From the NCBI RefSeq assembly GCF_009914755.1, contig NC_060934.1: a stretch of 64,000 nucleotides of DNA; one strand, given 5' to 3'. The notes under the pieces were generated by a model. The model saw nothing but the letters and a program-made list of their open reading frames with translations. It was not told the DNA's origin and did no database searches. The translations under genes were made by a program, and so were the position numbers. The stretch is from the human T2T-CHM13v2.0 reference genome, Homo sapiens. Below, in pieces: positions 56,741 to 64,000 of this stretch. The first letter of the stretch is position 1. Every line of letters begins with the position of its first letter.

Positions 56741-56804
56741 TAACTTAATTTCCTTTACCACATAAACACATTTCTTATTTTTATTTTTTATTTTATTTTT
56801 TTAG

Positions 56805-57188
<384 letters not shown>

Positions 57189-57349
57189 TAACCAAACCAT
57201 TTGCCTTATAATTACATCGCATTGGATACTTTATTAACCTCTCGGATTACTCTCGGGAGGCACTTTAAATATTTCTAACAATTGTTGTCAACCATTTCCT
57301 CACTGTTTTATGGTTTTATGTCTATTAAAATGACATAAATGACATATTT

Positions 57350-59170
57350 TCCAGATATATATCAATTTTCAAACTTTCCCCTAACTCCAGACTCATATAC
57401 TCACTACCTACTCAACAGCTTAACCTGGATGTCTAGAAGGCATCTTAAAGATAATGATAGAAAATAACCTAAAATAAACACAACCCAGGCCTTGAATAGT
57501 GTTATGAGGAGAAACCCATTCTGAGAAGTGCATAGTGATCTAAGAAGACTGGAGTTTGGCACTCAGACTGAGAGCTCTTAAAGTGCACGACAAGAGGGAA
57601 CATGATCTCCTCCCTGGAGTGATCAGAGGCTGGGGCCCAACAACATTCTCAATTGCCGAAAACGTAACATTCATCCCTGCTCTATCATCTTAGCCTCACT
57701 GGTCTGCGGAGCACCAGCTCCATCCCATGCAGAGTCAGGTGATGGGGCTGATTCCAGTCTTTTCAGTTGTAGCTATGTGACACAGCTCTGATCCTACCCA
57801 CCACTCAGCATCCTAACAGGATCGATTGGTGTTACCACTGTGTGTCATGGTTTTCATAGAACTCTGGAGACAGCTGAATCCCTCTCTCGAAGGCTAGTAA
57901 AACAAGAGGCAGAATTGAACAAATTTACCCTTACCTCTCAATGCCTAAAAGTGAATTCCTGATTACCAGTTGCCTCTCAATCCTGCCACTCCTGTATACC
58001 TCCCTATCTCAGCAAATGACAGTTTCTATCTAGCTGCTTATTCCATATTAACAAATCTGGTTTATATTAACAAATTTGATTTAGTACCCACCCTCATTGC
58101 CCTCACCACTTTCCCCATGGTCCAAGCAACCAGTGTCTATGCATGGATTATTGCAATTGCTTTTTAAATGATCTATCTGCTCCTACCCTTGAGAGCTATA
58201 TTCTGAAAACAGCAGCCCACATGTTTCTTTTCAAACTTAGATAAGGTTAGGTCATTCTATTGTCAGAATCTTCCTATGACTTTCTATCTCATTCAGAGCA
58301 AACCTCAAACTAATGATAGCTTCCAAGGAATAAATGACTAACCCCTTATACCTCTTGAATTCACCTTTCACCAGTGTATATCTCATTCACTTTTCCCTAC
58401 TACAAAGGCCTCTTAGCTAATACTTGAGCACTTCAGCCAATTTATGGTGTATTAGTCCATTCTCACACTGCTAATAAAGACATACCCGAGCCTGGGTAAT
58501 TTATAAAGAAAGGTGATTTAACTGACTCACAGTTCTACATGGCTGTGAGGGCCTCACAATCATGGCAGAAGGTGAAGGAGGAGCAAAGTCACGTCTTACA
58601 AGTTATAGGCAAAGAGAGTGTGTACAGGGTAACTCCCCTTTATAAAACTATCAAATCTTGTAAGACTTATTCACTTTCACAAGAACAGTGTAGGAAAGAC
58701 CCGCCCCCGTGATTCAATTACCTCTCAATGGGTCCCTTCCATGACATTTGGGAATTATAGGAGCCATAATTCAAGATGAGATTTGGGTAGGGACACAGCC
58801 AAACCATATCATATGGTTAGGGCTTTTCCATCTGCTTTCCCCTGTTCCTGGAACAGGTTTCCCACAGATGTCTATCTGACTCTCTCCCTTACTTCCTTCT
58901 GGTCTCTGCCAGAGTTTCTTCTTCAGGGAAGCCTCCTCTGAACACAACACAACACAGTTTCTTTCTTATCTGGCATTTTCTATTTCTATTCCTGGTGTTA
59001 TTTTTCTCCACATCACCTATCACCCTTATGGTTAAATTTCTATTTTCCCCCATAATGATGTTAGTTGCATGAGAGCAGGTATATCACCTCTTCACTGTTT
59101 AATCTCCAATTCCTACAACAGTATTTGACACATACTAGTACTCAACAAATACTTGTTGGATGGATAAGTA
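57350..59170 (+). mobile_element. L2 fragments with embedded LTR sequences
   Basis: aactccagactcatata..cactacctact, acctggatgtcta.aaggcatctt, ggattattgcaat.gc and tagtactcaacaaatacttgttg. Confidence 0.65.
58448..58811 (-). mobile_element. THE1B-type solo LTR
   Basis: tgtattagtccattctcac...acagccaaaccatatca, with perfect TSD tatgg. Confidence 0.93.
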
Positions 59171-59386
59171 GGTAGAGGAATGTCAATAATTTTAGGTGTT
59201 TTATATACTCTCGTTATATATTTTAGTTTAGTTTTAGTATTATTGCTAAAATATTAAGTAATTCTATGTGCCAGATACTATAGTATATGTCAGTCAGCTT
59301 TTGTTGAAAGCCAAGTCTCAGTAGCTTATGACTACATTTATTTCTTGCTCTCAAGCGTGTAGGTTGGCATAGAGAATAAGAGCAAA

Positions 59387-59427
59387 GACATAGACAGACA
59401 GACAGATAGATAGACAGACAGATAGAT
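59387..59427. repeat. (GACA)n(GATA)n tetranucleotide STR
   Basis: tagacagacagacagatagatagacagacagataga. Confidence 0.85.
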
Positions 59428-61494
59428 CTTAATCATAGCTCTGTGTAATTTCATGTAGCTCTAAGCTATGTGTCTCTGTTTCACGTGGTCCTATCTCTCT
59501 GAGACCATGGCTAAAAGACCAAGTCCCTATTTGACACATTTCATAGAGGATGGAAAAAAAAGCATATTTGAAATTTCAACTGGGACATGGTATACATCTT
59601 ACTGTGTCTGTTCATGTTCATTAGCCATTGATCAGATCCTAACAATGGGGCAGAGAAGTATTTTCCACCTACAGGGAGCTCAGCAGGGGTAGGGGAGATA
59701 GAAAATCTTTACAAGAAAGAGAGGTGATGTGTAGGGACAATATTATAACCGGCCATTCTTACGTATTTTATTTTACTTAATCTTACAATGTTTTAAGAGT
59801 CTAGAAGAGTGCCTGGTCCATCATAGGTGAATAGATGTTGTATGTGGGGCAGGATTAATGCCTTTATTATACCAGTTTTATGGAGGAAATTGAAAAGGAG
59901 ATAACCTGCTCAAGGGTACCTAGCTGTAAAGTGGCAGAACACAGTCACTTCTTCTTGGAACCATAATGTTCACCACTAGTGTTATAGGGCTCATCAAACA
60001 CACTAAACCTGAAAGGAAGAGGCTACAATCTCCAGTTTACAGATATGAAAAATTAAAGATATAAGTAGTGTGGATGAGAATACAAAATTAAGGATCGGAC
60101 TGTGATTTTACCTAAGCTGGTCTGATTTCAGTGGCCAGGGCTTTCCCCACATTGCCCCCAAATCTGAGATTAGAGAGAATCACTGTGACCTCAGAGTCAG
60201 AAGAGAACAAAAAAAGAACACAGAAAAGAAACACAAGTCACCATTGAAACTATTGTTGCCCTAATTATCTGGCTAAATCCATTCCATGGCTCACAGTTCC
60301 AAGGGGAGGTAAAACAGCTACTAGAAGCATAGGCAGAGATGCGAAATGTCAGTTACTGAGTGTTGGTCCCAATTTTCTGTTTCGAGTTTTGGAAGAAAAA
60401 TAAAAAAAACTTGAAAAACTGTAGGACCTGTGTTTTTTTGCAATGGCATAACAAAATAAACTATGGGTCAAAACCACAAGGCTTGTTGAATCCATAGGTT
60501 TTATAAAGGAATTTGATAAAGGAATCTTACCATAAAATGAAACAAAAATAAAAATTGAGCTCTACGTAAAAAAAAAAAAAAATGTTACTCTTGATGCTTT
60601 CCAGTCATTTTTTTTTTCATAGCATCATGTTATCTGAAGTAAGAATCATGCTTGTAACTTCACTAAGGGGCATTGATTTCCTTTTAATATTAACTGATTA
60701 TTTGTTTATAGCATTTTTCTTCTTTGGCCAATAAAACAAAGCAAAATAAATAAAAACTCAAAGTCACATACACACAAACCAAAATGTTGACCTAATCCCC
60801 AAGATGTGGGTTTCTATCTTACCTACAACTTTTATTTTATAGAAAATGACTGAGCAGTAGATTATTGTACTTTTCTTTGGTACTTCAAAATCAACCTTTT
60901 CCCCTCGTGCCTGCCTTGTAATTTTAATGAAAGCAGTGTTCTCCAGCAACCTGGGCTTGAATTTCCACAGTCGTCTTTGACTTTCTTCTTAAACTTCTTC
61001 GGTTGTAAATTCCACTGACTACAACTGCAAGATATTTCTCGGACCTGCTGTTTTTTCCATTACTCTAATTCAAGTCAGTGTTGACTTGAATGAAAAACAA
61101 ATATTAGACCAAAAATGTTATTAATATTCCCCAATAGTTTTTATGCCCTTAAATTAGTTTATTTTTACTTTGTCTTAAAATGTCATCATTTGCTCTTCCA
61201 AGTCGTCTCTCTCATATTCTGAGCTATGGCTTTTTTCTAATTTAATTTTCAAATCATTCTCAATTATGAATTATACCTGATTTGTTTCAATACTTTTATA
61301 ATATTGTTAATTTATTTTTCCTACTTTATTAAGATATAATTGGCAAAATGGTATATAGTCAAGGTGTACAATATGATGTTTTGACATGTCTATATATTAT
61401 GAAATAGTTAGCACAATCAAACTATTAGTAATTGACACATCTCTAACCTCGTGTAGTTACCCCTCCTCTGTGTGTGTGTGTGGTAAGAGAACTT

Positions 61495-61794
61495 GGCCGG
61501 GCCCGGTGGCTCATGCATGTAATCCTAGCACTTTGGGAAGCTGAGGTGGGCAGATCACCTAAGGTCAGGAGTTCAACACCAGCCTGGTCAACATGGTGAA
61601 ACGTGGTCTATACTAAAAATACAAAAGTTAGCTGGGCATGGTGGCACACACTTGTAATCCCAGCTACTTAGGAGGCTGAGGCAGGAGAATTGCTTGAAAC
61701 TGGGAGGTGGAAGTTGCAGTGAGCCAAGATCATGCTACTGCACTCCAGCCTGCGCGACAGAGCAAGAGTCTGTCTCAAAAAAAAAAAAAAAAAA
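61495..61794 (+). mobile_element. AluS in the L1MA
   Basis: Full Alu with approximate TSD aagagaactt / aaagcactt. Confidence 0.93.
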
Positions 61795-63443
61795 GCACTT
61801 AAGATCTACTCTCAGCAATATTCAACTGTACAATATCTTGCTGCTGACTATAGTCAACAGAACTTATTCTTCGGATAACTGAAAATTTGTACCATCTTAC
61901 CAACATATCTCCATTTCTTTCATCCCTCGACCTCTGCTAACTACCTCTGTACTCTGTTCTGTGAGTTCAACTTTTAGATTCCTCTTACATGTGCAATCAT
62001 GCAGTATTTGCTTTCTGTGTCTGTCTTATTTCACTTAGTGTAATGGACATGGCATTATTCTAATTTCATAAAGACAGGATTTCTTGATTTTTTTAAAGCT
62101 GCATAATGTTCCAATGTACATATATATTAGATTTTCTTTATCCATTCATCTATCTCCATACATGTAAGTTGTTTCCCTATTGTGGCTATTGTGAATCATG
62201 CTGCAATGAACATGGGAGTTCATTGGAGTCCAGATGTCTCTTTGAAATAGTGATTTTATTGCCCCTGGATATACACCCAGAACTGGGATTGCTGGATCAT
62301 GTGGATAGTTACATTTTAAATTTTTTGAGCAACCTCCATACTGTTTTTCATAATGGCTGTATCAATTTACATTCCTACCAACGGGTATAAGTGTTCCCCT
62401 TTCTCCACATCTTCACCAACACTAGCTATCTTTTAACTTTTGATAATAGACATCCTAACAGATGAGAGTTAATATCTCATTGTAGTTTTGATTTGCATTT
62501 TCCTGATCATTACTGATAATGAGTGCCTTTTCATATACCTGTTGTCTATGTCTTCTTTGGAAAAAAATGTCTATTCAGGTATTTTGCCCCTCTTAAAATT
62601 GGATTATTTGTTGTTTTTTTTTGTTTTGTTTGTTTTTGCTGTTGAGTTGTATAAGTTTCTTACGTAGTTTGATATTAACTCCTTATTGGTTATATGGTTT
62701 GGAAATACTTTCTCTTGTTGTGATTTTTGTACATGATGTAAGATAAGAGCCCAATTTCATTTTGCTTTGCATGTAGATATCCATTTCTTTAATACCACTT
62801 ATTGAAGAGATTATTTTTTCCCATTGTATATTCTTGTCACTTTTTTTATTGATTACTTGACTTTATATGTGTGGGCTTATTTCTGTGCTTTCTATTATGC
62901 TCCATTGGTCCATGTTTCTGCTTTTATGCAAGTACCATGATGTTGTGATTACTACAGCATTGTAATATAATTTGAAATTGGGAAGTATGATGCCATCAGT
63001 TTTTTTCTTCTTGTTCAAAATTGCTTTAGCTATTTGGAATCTTTTGTAGTTCTCTATGAATTTTTGTCTTAGAGACAAAGATTTGAGGATCTTAGAGGAA
63101 AAGCTTTTAACTTTTTACCATTGAGTGTGATGTTAACTTTGGGCTTGTACAGGGGTTCGCTTTTACCCACATCCTCCCAATACTTGTTAAAAGTTTTAAG
63201 ACTGTTACTGTATTAGGGAGCATTTCTTCTATTCCTAATTTGTTTGGAGTTTTTATCATGAAAGGATGTTAAATATTGTCAAATGCCTTTTCTACATTTT
63301 TTGACGTGATCATAAGATTTTAAGCCTTCATTCTGTTAATGTTATGTATCACATTTATTAATTTTCATATGTTGAACCACCTTTATGTCCCAGGGATAAA
63401 TTCCACTTGGTCATAATATATGATCCTTTTACACTGTTATTGA

Positions 63444-63873
<430 letters not shown>

Positions 63874-64000
63874 CAGGCTGATCTTAAAAAATGAGTTTGA
63901 AAGTGTTTCTTCCTCTTCAGTTTTTGGAGGAGTTTGATAAGGATTGGTATGAATTCTTTAAATGTTTGGTGGAATTTAGCAGTGAATCCATAAGGCCCTG

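Overview
Primate (most likely human) genomic DNA, AT-rich and repeat-rich, with no prokaryotic features. The window holds five internal + strand coding exons of a MAM/LDL-receptor-class-A mosaic protein, recognised as MALRD1 (C10orf112/DIET1): 2409-2561, 2989-3094, 3579-3946, 7949-8361 and 56805-56892. All junctions are GT-AG, the phases are consistent (1-1-2-1-0-1), and the joined 1128 nt read open as MAM - LDLa - MAM. A 48,443-bp intron (8362-56804) splits the second MAM domain. The introns contain about 15 Alus, several L1/L2/MIR/L3 fragments, about 10 solo LTRs (THE1, MST, LTR16, LTR40, MER57/93-like), DNA transposon fossils (a near-full-length HSMAR2, MER44, MER8, MER5), a 1.5-kb AT-only minisatellite and a 69-bp tandem repeat. 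The most interesting unexplained signals are: (i) a consensus recursive-splice (ratchet) motif, Y-tract-TAG|GTAAGT, at 8752/8753 near the start of the giant intron, followed by a would-be poison exon; (ii) three abutting perfect inverted repeats at 46544-46614; and (iii) a second cluster of three hairpins sharing one core at 53738-53932. Almost all short ORFs in the supplied track are repeat-derived and non-coding. I see no evidence of a wholly new multi-gene system. Repeat subfamily names come from recalled consensus sequences and need RepeatMasker/Dfam confirmation.
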